Source: Lytechinus pictus
Lineage: Eukaryota
Direction of reading: 5' to 3'
DNA: 64,000 nt
Assembly (NCBI RefSeq): GCF_037042905.1
Contig: NC_087256.1
Coordinates: forward strand, 25,172,001 to 25,236,000
In this document: positions 26,630 to 41,000 of the stretch, in pieces
Numbering within the stretch: position 1 is the first letter of the stretch
Layout: each line of letters opens with the position of its first letter
Notes under the pieces: model-generated
Told to the model about the DNA's origin: nothing
Database searches by the model: none
The model's input: only the letters and a program-made list of their open reading frames with translations
Position numbers and translations under genes: made by a program

Positions 26630-28172
26630 GATGGGTCAGATGTGGTTCAGGATACCAAGAGACAGTTATTTTTTTCAGTGCCAGGTTGGGTATCATCTAG
26701 TAATAGTTTCACATTAACAACAGTCTTTATTCCCTTTACAAGGTATGCGTAGCGCCATTATTAAGAAAGTACCACAAAGATGGACAACCAGTCACAATGG
26801 AATAATGTTTAAGTATTTATTGAACCATACGAACGCAACACAAGCTGCCGGCCGGAAGGGGCGAATACCCTGATTAACGATAACAGCAAACTGTAAAACC
26901 TAGGCCGCAAGTGGGCGGCATACAACATAACGCCATGGCATAGGTTTCCTTGTAAAATCCAAATGATATTCGTTCATCTTGTTGATCAGCAGATAACTTG
27001 GTAGATGTGGATAGCTTGAAAAACTGTGTAATTCCCTTGCTTGGAACAGACTTGGGTGTACGAAGTTTGTGTTGCTCACTACTTATGTGTCGTCGAACAT
27101 TTGCGAGGTAACGGTTAGCATTCAGTGATATTGAGTCCTTACAATGCACACAGAAGGCATCACTTCCCGGACAAACGTGTGGGGATTTCCTTTGTGTCAG
27201 TGACTGTGAAACTGAACTTCTGGGGTAGTTTGAGAATCGGTGGTGATATTCACTTGGTGGGCTGCACTGTTAAGGTGACGTCTAATAGGTTTACCCTTCC
27301 CAATTTCAATCTTGGTCTGGCAGTGCAGACATCTGATTTTGGTACTTCTATGTTCTATCACAAGCACAGCGTCTGTAGTGGTCTTGCGGAGTTTCGTCTT
27401 TAGTGATTCTTTGATCTGTACTTCATATGTGCTGGGTTTTGTCATGTCCTCTTCAGAGGAAAGATCCTGGAATTCTGGGAATTCATCCAGCTTTGTGTTT
27501 TCACACTGCACTCCTGGGCCCCGTCTTACAAAGAGTCACGATTGATCCGATCAATCTCAAGTATATGGAAATCCATCCATGGCATAATTTTTTTTCTGTA
27601 GAAAATTTGCTCCATGTCCTTTGAAAACAAACAGAAGCATACTGAATTGTCAAGAAAAACAGTAAATTAATGAACATACGTCATTTCGAGAAAATATTTT
27701 GAACAAGCATATCTTTTAGATGTTGATGTTGCTGGCTTTCCATAGTTGCGATTGATTGGATCGATCACCACTATTTGTAAGACGGGCCCCTGATATCGTA
27801 TGTTCCTGTTCAGCTGTGGCTCTTTTGTCCTGACTGTGTTCGCCTGCTTTTCTTTCACATCTTTGCTCTAGCTCATCGCCCTTACTCATGTCTTCAACCT
27901 GCTTTCCACTAGGTTCACTTTCATAATCAGCTTCTTGTTCGGATTTTTTTTGTGTGTTCCCGTTCATGTGCTTCCCCTTCCTGCTTTCCATGGTCTACTC
28001 TAACTCGCTCTGGGGCTGATTTTTGGTCATCGACTTGAAATCGTTTAGTGTGTGACATTGTCGGATGGCCGCAGTAATCACAGAGTATGTGTTGTTCAGA
28101 AACTACTTCATATCCGTCACAGTCGCACTTTTCACATCTACCGCGCTCAATCCCACGCTTGTCTTTTCCCAT
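26630..28172 (-). pseudogene. Disrupted gene for an uncharacterised multi-zinc-finger protein (probably transposon-associated)
   Basis: Acceptor TTTCAG then ATG at 28172. Motifs RGRCEKCDCDGY..CDYCGHPTMSH, CLHC..RRHLNSAAH, CVHC..RRHISSEQH, GITQFF, and LLDDTQPG..WYPEPH up to the MULE TIR. Several frameshifts, a MITE and a ~180-bp insert interrupt it. Confidence 0.65.
27517..27789. mobile_element. Harbinger-type MITE inserted in the zinc-finger pseudogene
   Basis: TIR GG(C/G)CCCGTCTTACAAA with CTG TSD; same family at 38390-38650 and a fragment at ~17630. Confidence 0.85.
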
Positions 28173-29823
28173 TCTGAAATAAGAAACAAAATAAAACATT
28201 ATTTGGTCACTTCATTACATATTAAGAGTTACAAGTAACAAAATTAATATCTTTGGATAAAAGAAAGTTAAAAATGCTTTGAAATGGAAAATATGCACTT
28301 ATCATTGAATTAAATACAATGAAAATCTATGTTTATACTGATTGAATTGTGCCATAAATGAGAACGGCATTAAGTGAAACATATACACAGCTCATTACTT
28401 CACTCCCCTGTCACATGTAAAAGCAACAATCAATCGACTTCTATATGAGTGTCATTTACCCCAAATCATTAAATCAATCAACTATATACCGGTACAAGGT
28501 ATTGTATGGACACAATTAACACATAATGAACTGTGACATGTCTAACAGACTAAAAATTTGTACTGGACATGTATTTCAGTCCCATGCACCTATACTTCAA
28601 AGAGTATTATGATCCATTTAATATATTTCTAATAATCACACTGAAATTAATTCACTATACAATGAGCTGTAATATTTCACCTTAGACCAACAGACTCTGA
28701 ATTGTTTTTCAATTCATGTATTTATATGAACAAACAAAATATATCAAAATTCGTCCAAAAATTTCAAATTTATTATTCAGAGACCAATTCAAATGAGCTG
28801 GGACCTTTGATTTCCAAATTTAAGGTATTTTTTTTCTAATGTCATCCACCAACACACCAAAAATCTATAAGTATCTTATTAATTTAACACATGAAAACCA
28901 ATTTAGGATGGGCATAAAAGCGGCACGTCCCCGTACCACCAATATACGCGAGTGCCCCCCCCCCCACCCCCACTATCTCCCGTTTGGAAAGATAGTGCAT
29001 CTTTGATATCTTTGAAGTTAGCCTTTGTCACGATTTAACTTTGAAAGTGGATTTTTCATCCTAAATAAATTCAGGTTAAACTTAAGTTCAAAGACAATTG
29101 TGATTATGACTTATTAAAAATCTAAATACCGGGTTGCTTGACCACCCACATTTCATAAATGACCCAAGAACTAGAGAACAGCCATCAAATAAAGTTTAAA
29201 TAAACTTTATTTAAAAAAAATTACTGAATCTTTTCATAACAAAATTAGCGAAAAGTCTTTACAAAACAGAGCCTTTTACAATTTGTAATACAAAAGTGTA
29301 AATCAATAGAAAATCACATAGAATCTAATGCCAAATTAAAAAACAAGCTCCCTCTCTTAACCCAAAATTAATATTATGTTGCGAGTGTTCTTTATATAAG
29401 GATACTGTCGCATCTGTAAAGTGTTCTAAATGTCTCTTCAAAACAGTCACTAATTGGATCTTCAAAGGTTTGGAGAATCTTGAAGTTGAAGGACTAGCTC
29501 CCCGAGAGCTACCGCAGAACAATAGTCAGTATTATGTGGTACAGTTCTTCTCCGTAGATGCGGCGACGAACTGAAGACGTCTATTGAACGCTACCTTATT
29601 CGGAATCTATGAATCGCCGTACGCTTCTGTTTGTAGAAATATCAGTAACAGGAAATAACAGTAACAGTAGTTACGCACTAACCCGGAAGACCAATAACGT
29701 AGTAAGAACAGAAACGCTGTAACACTGTAATGTAGTAAACCGGAAGACCAATAATGTAGTAGTATACACCGTAATGTAACGGCCGCCTGAAAAAGGAGAC
29801 ACCCAATATTATAAGAATACATA

Positions 29824-30124
29824 GGCCCGTATTCTGAAGTCGGGTTTAATTAAACTCAGGTTTAAAGTTGTGGTTTAAGTATGGGAAGCCAAAAGTATCA
29901 AATTTGTTATTAAGTTGTATGTTTCTTATCTTTAATGTGCTCTTTCCTGATTCATCGATGGTGAAGCCAATAATCTTTTTATACTTCCTAGACAATTATG
30001 AATGAATTCAGAGCTGAAGTATGATATCTCTACTGTTAGTGATTTATGTAACAATTGGCTCGCCATACTTAAACCACAACTTTAAACCTGAGTTTAACTT
30101 AAACCCGACTTCAGAATATGGGCC
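29824..30124. mobile_element. MITE (copy 2 of 6505-6824)
   Basis: Same TIRs and internal sequence as 6505-6824. Confidence 0.8.
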
Positions 30125-32395
30125 AAAGGGTCTACATGTATATTAAAGTATCAACTTAACAGTGGCATAAGTTTAAAGGCCACGCCCTAATCCATATAAA
30201 ACTCCGATAAATGACTCTTAGTCAATCAATTCAATATTGCATGAGTTAGAGACATAAAAATATCATATCTCTGCAAGCACTTGTATTAAACATGTAAGAC
30301 ATGCCAATGCTCTTAAAACATTAACAAAAATACACTTCCTACTCTTAAGGAGTATATGTCCTTTCAAAAGCAAAAGCTCACAAGCTAAATAACATGTGAA
30401 ATATCTTTGATATTTTATATTAAATGAGAGAAATGCCTCTTAAATTATCATGGCAATAAAGTCAAACTGGTTCACTATATTCGTTCTATGAACTTGTCAA
30501 AATAATAGTAACTTACTGTCAGCAAATCTTGTTAGCACCTAAAGGGTGTGGCTACCCGGAGCTACACCAGCTTGTAAAACAGGTCCTCTCAGAAGGAGAG
30601 CTGGCTGCAGACTGATTAAATCACACTGAATTACAACATAGCAGAATCAGTCAAGCCAAGAATACAAAAGAAAACACATGAAGTGCATGCCTAGCATTGC
30701 AATATACAGGAGGTCTACATAACACCTCAGAAAGGAATCTTAATTACCATTACAAAGGCTGCCCCTAACCTAGGCTATAAAATCAGACTCTGTTAGCAAA
30801 GATAGGGAAAATAATCAAGATTGTGACAGCCTTAAACCTGATGAATCTAGTCTTTCATATTTCCATTTCAGATTTCTTCTGTCTCCACCCTAGTTCCCTT
30901 ACCGTCTGATGGGGGAGCTATGTCTATATAAGCATGGAGTCATATGTTACACTGAAGTCCCACTTGATGTACTTGGTGTCATCATATTCATAAAATGATA
31001 GCCTTTTTATTTTATGACACCTACCGTAGATCTACACAGGTTCAGAATATTTTGCTCTATTTATTTGTGAAAAAAAATGGATGTCCCCTTCTAGCATAGG
31101 AGCATCCATAGCCTGACAGACTGTTGGCATCTTGTACAAAACAAGTTTGATCTCCAATGGTGGAACTGGGCGCTGTGCAGAAATGCACAGCCTATCAGGA
31201 GCTCTGCCCCTGAATAAAATTCTGATGGTGCTTACTTTTTTTTTATTGTGATTTTTCTCAAGTGAACCAGGTGCTAGGAAGTATGTAACTCTGTATGCAC
31301 TGTATAAGAATGGCATGTTATCATCATCATCATAATCAATGCCATTTCCATCATCATCAACACTATCATCATCACCACCACCACCCCTGTCACTGCTGTT
31401 GATGTGTAGGTGAATATATGATATCATCTGAGTTAAGCTCTGTAGAAAATCATGTAAATGTATTTTAAAGAATATTAAAGAATGTAAGAAAAAAATCAGT
31501 TTGACAAGTATAAATTTAAATATGAAATTATGTCATTGTATTATTCAAATTAAATCAAATCCTCCATATACCTCTTCAGGGTGATAACGTAGCCACTAGC
31601 CATGTACTTATTTAGTTTTATCAAGTATACATTCCTGTGTCTCCCCAGCAGCTACAGGTTGAGAGTGAGTGAGACCAATACATCTCGTTATCCATGTCTT
31701 ACAGAGGTTTTGATTGGTTGTTGTCACCTCTCGACTATGGAATGGTAAATGTTATCTAAGGCTGTATTCATTCTCTTAAAACTAAAATCAGATCTATGTT
31801 TCACATATGAAAATTCAAACATGAAAGTTGGTCACATTCGATTATTGTTCACACAGTATTTTCATCTAAGCCAATTCTAAGCCCACCCACAACAGTTTAC
31901 CCAGGAAGTCCAGGTTAACTTGGATTGTATGACTTTCATGTCAGAACTGGAAGAAGGCCCTTTATAGAAACATCATTGATGTTTTTTATTTTATTTTAAT
32001 ATATGTGACTGACGGTGCAGATTCGTCTTGTTAAAATGCTCCATTTTCAATATTTGTTATGTTTGTGTTTTTAAAGAAATTTATTTTTATAGCTGAAGAA
32101 ATATCACTGGAACCAGTCATGGTTCGAACAAAATACATTGTGTTTCTGAATAACCTGTGCTAGAGAAAAATGTTGAGTGATCAATGCTTTTTCCTCTTGT
32201 AAGTAAAAAGGAGCCAGCCGATTTATGGAAACAACAATGCAAGCCAAGATTACGTGTATAATTTCTTCTCTCAAGGGCCATTAGTTCAGACATGTGCGAA
32301 TGTAAAGACAAACTATGTACTGTCTTCATTCCACAGTAAACATTGTTTAGCATCAATTGATCCGATGAGTTGATCCCTGTATGAGATGAGGTCCA

Positions 32396-32850
32396 GGTGG
32401 GTGTTTCATAAAGCTGTTCGTAAAGTTACGTGCACAACTTTACGCACGACTGGAACAAGTTCTTAGGCGCTAAATCAGTTACATAGGGATATCATTTCGA
32501 ACAAGAAAGGATCACCAGTCGTGCATTAAGTCATTCGTATCTTACAAACGGCTTTATGAAACAGGCCCCTGATTTTCATTTGTGACGATTTCGTTCATTA
32601 AAAAACAATCACCAGTCGTTGTAAAGTTACTTGGAAGTTATGAGCAGCTTTATGAAAGACCCACCAGGTGGGTGTTTCATAAAGCTGTTCGTAAGTTAAG
32701 AGCGACTTGAAGACGACTGGTTAACTTCTATTACGCTCTAAATAATCACCATTGAACATTAAATGTAAATATCATTTACCACAAGAAAGGATCACCAGTA
32801 GTTCTTAAAGTCACTCTTCTTTTACGAACAGGTTTAAGAAACGGCCCCCG
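32396..32850. mobile_element. Cluster of 2-3 Harbinger-type MITEs
   Basis: Repeated GGTGTTTCATAAAGCTGTTCGTAA ends and their complements, with CWG flanks. Confidence 0.7.
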
Positions 32851-33638
32851 GCATATGACTTCTACTTCTGAGTAGAGGTAGTACTTCTTATATAATGTAT
32901 TTTAACTATATTGTTTGTTACACTTTATTTTTAGTACTTTATTTGTATCTTTATATGTACATGACCAGTGGTGTACATACATTTAAAAGCAAGAAACCCA
33001 AATCATGATTATAACGATTTGTAAATATTGTGAATAAGTTGATATATTGTTGTATACAGAATATGGGTATAAATGCAATAGCAAAAGATATATACAATGT
33101 ATAAAAAATAAGATACAGTAAGATTAACTAATATCTCGCTGTAAGAAAACTGATGATTTATAACTTTATGACATGATGCTGTTCTTATTTATGAAAATGT
33201 GCTATGATTTAGGAAATCAGTCATTTTCTTGATGCTCAAAAATACTAGTTTGTTGCAGATTTATTTCTTGGATGTATGGTACACATTTCAGAAATAACTT
33301 GAACATAATGAGAATTGGAAAAAAAAATTCCCTTTTGCTCAGATAAAAAACTGATTTATCCCATGCTTTTATTCTGGACATTGATCTGGACATCATATAT
33401 GTTTTGGCTCTATAGGATAGAGTCATTACCGTTTCATTATAATGTAACCATTCCATGATTAGTGTTTTTCTCTGCCAGTATTATGTATTGCTTGTAAATG
33501 TGATTTGAAAAATTAAACGTTTATTATAATCTCAAGGAAAAATCTGTATTCCATCTATTTATTTCAACAGTAGTTCATGTTTTTGTTTCTATTGAAGAAA
33601 TCATTTATATCGGCAAAAAGATGGTAATCCTTACTTAA

Positions 33639-34231
33639 AGGTCAAGTCCACCCCAGGAAAATGCTGACTTGAATAAATAGAGAAAACTCAAACTAGCATA
33701 GTTCTGAAAATTTCATCAAAATCGGATGTAAAATAAGAAAGTTATGACATTTTAAAGTTTCGCTTATTTTTCACAAAACATGTGATAATGCACAATTAGG
33801 TGAGTCAGTCGATGATGTCCATCACTCACTATTTCTTTTGTTTTTTATTGTTTGAATTATACAATATTTTATTTTTTACAGATTTGACAATAAGGACCAA
33901 CTTGACTGAACCATATAGTATTAAACAATGCTGATTCCACATGTTCAGAGAGGAATTAATTGTTGTATCACTTGACAATGAGGAGAATATAAAAATATTT
34001 CACATTTCATATAATAAAATACAAAAGAAATAGTGAGTGGATGACGTCATAGTCTCCTCATTTGCATATCAGCCAGGATGTGCATATAACTGTTTTGTGA
34101 AATTAAGCGAAACTTTAAAATGTCATAACTTTCTTATTTTACATCCGATTTTGATGAAATTTTCAGTGTTATGCTTGTTGGATTTTTCTCTTTTTATTCA
34201 AATCAACTTTTTGTTGGGGTGGACTTGTCCT
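33639..34231. mobile_element. Kolobok-type non-autonomous element
   Basis: TIR AGG(T/A)CAAGTCCACCCCA; TTAA at 33635-33638 and 34232-34235; long internal inverted similarity. Confidence 0.8.
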
Positions 34232-35878
34232 TTAACTTTGGTTGATATATTTTTTGGCTTATTTACATGTCTTTCCACTGTTTTTAGGAATGCCACAATG
34301 AAGCCTTCATAGTTGATCATGGATTGATTGATTGATAAAAAATTAACGACACTATCAACACATGCGTGTCATATAAGTGTCGGACAGTTAATCTGGAAAG
34401 GTTACTATAATACAGTACAAATTACCCTAATGCAACTTTACAAAGGAACAGGATTATAAATAAGTGATTATCAGTAATAAATTAATACGTTAACTACTTC
34501 CCCGGGATAACTTCCCTACTCTTTACGAAAAGAGGAGTAGGTTTTTTAACGTGCAAATGGTGTGACTCTCCCTTACACGGGACCGACGGCTTAGAGTCTC
34601 CTCAGAAAGACTAGACAATTGGAATAAAATACCTTGCCCAAGGGTATACCTGTTGTGATTGGGATTCGAACAGTTTCCCACCTAAAATCTAATAAAAAGA
34701 TTGATCTCCTTTAGGAAATTTACAATACATAATCGTGAAATATCTCTAAATAATGTCTTAAGGTCAGGAACATCATAAAAGTTAGTACGAATATGTGCAA
34801 AATCAGCACATTCAATGAGGATGTGTTTAACTGTACAATTACATGATATGCATTGAGGAATATTGGGCCTGAGTTCACGAAGGAGGTTTAGAATCTGTGT
34901 TCTGAAACCTTGGTTTAGGCAGAATTTGGCAAGGGTCCAATGAATTGAATTGAATTTTTGTCACAGGGCGCTAAATTCAAACTAACTCTAAGGTTCGGCA
35001 TTAAGGATTTCACTGTTGGGGGCCACATTAATTCAATTTGAACAGGCATGAATTCAGCACCCAGTGCTAAAAGCATGCATTCATTATTACAATCACATTT
35101 ACGATTATCATTATTATTATTCATACATCCGGAACCTAATTTCTCCATAATTAATTGACTTCATGATTTACCCATGTGTTAAACATTTGAGAGCATTACA
35201 AATTTCTGTAAGAATTACAAAACAGAAACAAATGCCTTCAGAAAGGTCCAATGTAATCGGGGTTGGATGTACATGCAATTCCTATGTTAAATCTACCTTT
35301 CCTCACAATCAAAGAATACAACTACAAATGATCACTTCAAAAAGCTGTGTTTTCTACAAGTATACTTTCCAGTATCATTTTTATTTTTTTTACTAAAATT
35401 ATTTACAGAACATATACAGTATGACGAGTATGAAACACAAAACATGTGAGAAATACTTATAAAGAAACTTTGAAAATTTCTCCAAAAATGTTGGTCAATC
35501 AATTTGTCAATTGTCATGGCTTGTAAAAATACAAATGCGTGAGAATTGGCAATTAAGATTGACCCTTAAAAAAAATAATTTACAGAATTTAACCTGGGGA
35601 AGCTTTGAGAAAAATATGACAAGGTGTTTGTTTTCAACTTTTTAAAAGAAATTCTTTGGAATAGGATTTTATGAAAATACATACTTGTACTTAAATTTGT
35701 TGGTCAAACTGTCTATGCCATACTGAATACGATGTTACATCCTTACAACTTATTCCATGTTGACTACAATGAAAAACATTCACCTCCATTTTGATTCAAA
35801 GATATATCATAGTTGAATTCTCTCTAAAATAGATTGCGTTGTGGACTAACAGAACATTTCTGTTGCTTAATTCACTTA

Positions 35879-36245
35879 AGGCCACCGCACACCTCATTTT
35901 CTGAAAATGTGAATGGAACATATTTCATTTGAGGTTAAAATTAATTGAAAGAATACTAATATAACCATTTTGAAAGATTGCAAGCCTTTATTTTGGAGTA
36001 AAGGCCAAATTAGTTTCAGATCGTAGTCAATCGTACGACTGCTATGACGTCATTACGACTAGATATTAAATTTGCTTTTATTTTAAGAAGGATGATGGCA
36101 TAGTCAAGGATTTGAACATAGGTATTCGTACAATGATTTAGAACATTACACTTGAAGACATTCCATGTCTCAATATTAGCATCAAATTCTACTACGTTTT
36201 ATTCTAAAATCGGATCGCGAACAGTCGTAAGGTGTGCGGTGGCCT
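35879..36245. mobile_element. PIF/Harbinger-type MITE
   Basis: TIR AGGCCACCGCACACCT; TTA TSD on both sides. Confidence 0.75.
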
Positions 36246-38030
36246 TTACTTATGGAATGAAATACATGCAGCAGAGATTTGCCACTGATCATTTAAGTAA
36301 AAAAAAAAAAAAGAAGTAAACTTTGCTTGCTTACTGAGTCATACTCATTAGATGACATAAGATTACAGTCGCTCATACCAACAGGCCTTTTCACAAAAAG
36401 ATATATGACTTTGGTGACAACTACAACATATTTGGGGGATAGATTTTGCTCAAGATGTTTTTCATGACTTGGTACCATTCCTAGATTGTCTTGCATCTTC
36501 AGTAAGGGGAAATCAATTGTTTTGACCATCCACCACCTTGGCAAAACTGCTTTTCAATCCAATCCATCACTTTTATTCACTTTTTCTACTTAACCTGATA
36601 TTGACTAAGTTTGTAACTTGTTACCCTATTCAGACACACCAAACGGTGTCTGGCTAAGAGTGATACAAGAAGAAATTGGCAAGTGGAAAGTAGGTTAAAC
36701 TATAAGTGGGCCAAGTGGAAAATGGACAAGATGTTACAAGTATTAGGTTAATTGGCTGTGGACATACTGAGATTAGAACAAGTGACACCTCAAGTCCCCT
36801 TTACCACTGTACACATTCTTGCGGCAACCGTATCTTTGGAGTCTCTTAAAAATATGAAACAAATATCCTAGCTCGTTAATCATTTTCATAAAAAAAGAAA
36901 ATATTTTCTCAACAAGATGGTTTATCAATCAAAAGGCAATCGATTGGTGAATATCATATTTGAGCAAAGTTTGAGAATGGTGGTGCCACAAAAAGCTTAT
37001 CTCAAGGTCTGGTAAAAAAATAAACTGATAGTCGGCCAAAATCTCCCCTCAGCATATATTGCTATGCACCCAGCTACCCCATGACAGTAATGCAGTATGG
37101 CATGGCCAGCGGACTGTCATTGAGAACATTTCATGAAAAAAATCATTCTGTGATTTTCACTGATATATTTCCTCTAAGCCAATCAGATAGAAAGATTTTG
37201 GTAGCTTATAACAGGAGTCAGTGAAAACCACTGACAAAGACTCTTCTTCATAAAATGCTTTCTGAATGTTATGTTGCACCTAGCATCAGCTGAACTTCTG
37301 TAGCCTCTTGTATACTTTGCTCGTCAAATGCGTTTCCAAGCTAGTCTTGACCATGAGGATATCTCTGAATACACAAATCTGCACTGGACACCAAAGAAAC
37401 ACACTTTCACTGCCAACGGACTGCCTTTAGACACCAACTTTCAATACCTTCATTACATCTTCTGTCGGTGACCTGACATATGCTCCTCTCTCAATATTTC
37501 AGAGGGCATAGGGTTAGAGTTAGGATTGTAATAGAGTTTTTGGTTCAGAAATAATGGAAATGATAATTAATAATAATAATAGTGATGTCTTATTGAGCGC
37601 ACACATTGTCTAGAGACCCTCATTGCGCTAGAACAGCAACAGTTCTTTTTGATATACATAAAAGATAAGAATTACTCAGGGAATAATTTTCCTGGTATCG
37701 CATCGCAATTTGCTCCACGTAATTTTAGGACTGCTACACAAAATTTCACTTGTGTAGCAATTTTTTACATAGAACTGTACAGAACATAGTTGAAAGCTTT
37801 TCTCTAACAACCACAAATGCTAATCATATTTGAGAAGTGAAATTATTTCCTGTTAGTGTTTATTAAGTTTGAAGGTTAGGCTTCATGTTCGGCTTAACGT
37901 GCAGACTATCCATTGGAGCAAATGTTGCCAGAGCCCTTCTGTCATCTGTCACAGTTGGCTTTTGCATTGTTTATTATTAAATCCTCTACATCAAGAGTTC
38001 TGATCACAAGTTGCCATGGTGTTCTTGTCA

Positions 38031-41000
38031 TCAATCACTGGGTAATCCAAACAGTTTGATGCTACCCGCATCCCTCTCTCTGTTATACTTGTCCTTGTCG
38101 TCACAAGCGAATGCAAGCAGGTACCTCTTGGGGTGCCAGGCCACAGTGAAGGTCGGCGATTCGCAGTGGACTTCTGTTACCTTTTCACCTGAGCAGCAAA
38201 AAAAAAAAAAATTGAGGAAACTTTTTTTAAAGAAACACTGCATACATTTAGCCAAGGCTCTCTACAGTATTCTTGATAAAATAATGTAATATTACTGATC
38301 CCAGATCTTCAATATATTTTAATCCTCGTATAATGAGATTCCTCAAGTACCAAGGTAATTTTGAAACTCCTAAAATCTTGTCTCACCTGGGCCCCGTCAT
38401 ACAAGAGTTGCGATTGATCCGATCAATCGCAACTAAGAAAGCCAACAACATCAACATCTGAAATGCATGTTGGTTCAAAATATTTTCTAGATATGCTGTA
38501 CATTCATCCTTTTCTTGCAAGTTCAGTGTGCTTTTCTTTGCTTACAAAAGTCATTGAGTACAATTTCCTGCAAAATAAATTATGACATTGATGGAATTCC
38601 ATAGAGTTACGATTGATTGGATCAATCGTAACTCATTGTAAGACGGGGCCCTGGTTTCCATTGTAAATTAACGTTAATTTTCAAGAAGTACCTGCTGTTG
38701 TTAAACTTAAAATGCATATAAAAAGGTTGCTTTGCTTTTATTTGAGCCAAGTACTTTTAATTCAATCTGGTCTGTTTCACAGAGCTTGTCATTGATAAAT
38801 AAATGATAGAAATCTATTGTAAATCGGCCCCGTGACAAATCAAATACATGTAGCATGTTTTACTTGCTAGTAGCCATCAATATCAAGTTTCGTGAAACAG
38901 GGATTCGATGTCCAGTCAATGATAATACGAGTATTTGTAGAAAGTATTAAAGATTTACCTGTTTCCACATGAGCCACATCTATGATGAGATCTTCAGAGG
39001 CAGAAGCCAAGAGCTGCCCATCGTGACTGAAGCTCAAGGCACGCACAGGCCAGTCTAACCTGTTGGAATAATTTGAAAAAGGCAAACTCATTTAATGGTC
39101 TGTAGATGACATGTTCTTGGGCCTGTAACACAAAGCTTAAATAGCGACTGATCATACAAGTGAATTTCATGATTGCTTGTATATTGTAGTCAATGCAATA
39201 AATTGCAAAAATTAGTTTATTATCAATTACTAAGCTTTGCGTTATGGAGACTAGATTATACAGCAAACTCTTGGAAGTTGGAACCAAAGATATCTGGTTT
39301 ACCTTGGGGAAATTCCACTTCAGAAGAGGTTTATGATACTTGCATATTTTGTATAATCAGGTATGATTGTTTTTTTCATGTTGGGCCTGTATTTGACTTG
39401 CAAAGGTAAAAAGACATATGCAGAATTCACTCATTAGCAGCCTTAACACAAGGTTTTCAGAGTGTCCATCACTGTACTAAGACACATCATTTCAAACCTG
39501 TTCATTTTTCAGATCCAAAATAACCCCTCTGAACTACCAATGGTAAAATACAAAAGGTACTTTAGAAGAAAAAAAACAGAGGCAGAATAATAAAACTCAG
39601 AGAAAATGTTCTTATTACTGACCTTGAGAAGGTCCTGACACAAACCAGCTCGGCAACATCCCAAAGGCTCACCAGGGCATCGGCACTTCCAGTGGCAAAG
39701 TACCTTCCCGTTGGATCAAACTCAATGCATATGCAGTTGGCTGGGTGAGCACTGAGTTCCTGCAGAGGTTTCAGGTCTGGAAAGCTGAACAAAATATATT
39801 CAGAAAAAAATAAAGAAACAGTAATAGAACTTGCTAAAACTAAATAAGAGACCAAACTTGATATATATTACACTCAGAACAAGAGGCCGCTCTATGAAAT
39901 TTGCCAAAACAAGAACTTAAGCCACCTTGACCTCAGGAAACACTTTTATAGCCAAAGAGTAATAAACGGATGGAATAAGCTTTCCCAGTCTGCCATTGAT
40001 GCTCCTGCACTCCTTAATTTTAAAAAATTGTCAAAACTGGGTTTTTAAATGGATCCCCTGGGACCTCCTTAACCCTGCCACACCATTCAACTGTACAGTG
40101 CATATACCCTGCTATGATGAACAGGTGTGGCCTTCAAGGTAACTTCAAGGTAAATTCAAGGTAACTTCAAGATACATGTAGCTTCAAGTTGGGTGAACAC
40201 AAGATGTTCGAGGAATCATAGTTTTCAATACAGTCAGGACTGTCTTTATGGCCACCTGTCTTTAGTGGCCCCCTAAAATTGCTTCCCAATTGAAAAGAAT
40301 ATGTTTTTGAAGAACCTGTCAATAAAGGACACCTGTCCACAGTAGGCACATTCAATGTTTCCTCTGCATAGACAGGTTCACTGGTAATTTCATTGATAAA
40401 AACACAAGAGTTCTCATGCTTTGAAAATGATATCCCCAATTGCAGTGATGCCCTCCTCACTGCACACATTTAAGGATACAAGTGCTATTTTGTCATACTA
40501 ATAATAATAATATATAGCATTTATGAGGCGCCGATTTATCTAGTTTCCTATTCAATGGCGCACTGTATATTACCCCGCCTGTAGCTCCAGCTGCTAAAGG
40601 CACTTGGTGCATTCAAGGAATTAATCGTGCCGGGTACCCATTCACCTCACTTGGGTTGAGTGCAGCACAATGTGGATAAATTTCTTGCTGAAGGAAAACA
40701 CGCCATGGCTGAGATTCAAACCCACGTCCCTCTCATTGAAAGACAAGATTCGTAACCAGTAGACCACGATGCCCCCACTAACTCTTTCTGAAACAGCTTC
40801 TTGTCAGGTTAGACAAACATATAAAATACATGAAAGAATAACATTAATTTGGAAAAGTAGGAGTTACCTTAGGATGTTTATGTGACCATGCCCATTCGTT
40901 AAAAAGAAAAGATCACTGTCGTTGTTCCAAGAGATCTCATTCACTTCATACTTAAATTGTTCCTCGCTGATGATACGATTAGATCTAGCATCTACAAAGG

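Noticed and set aside
30500-33550. UTR-like intergenic sequence, possible lncRNA
   Set aside because: No exon structure, ORF or RNA motif can be supported from sequence alone.
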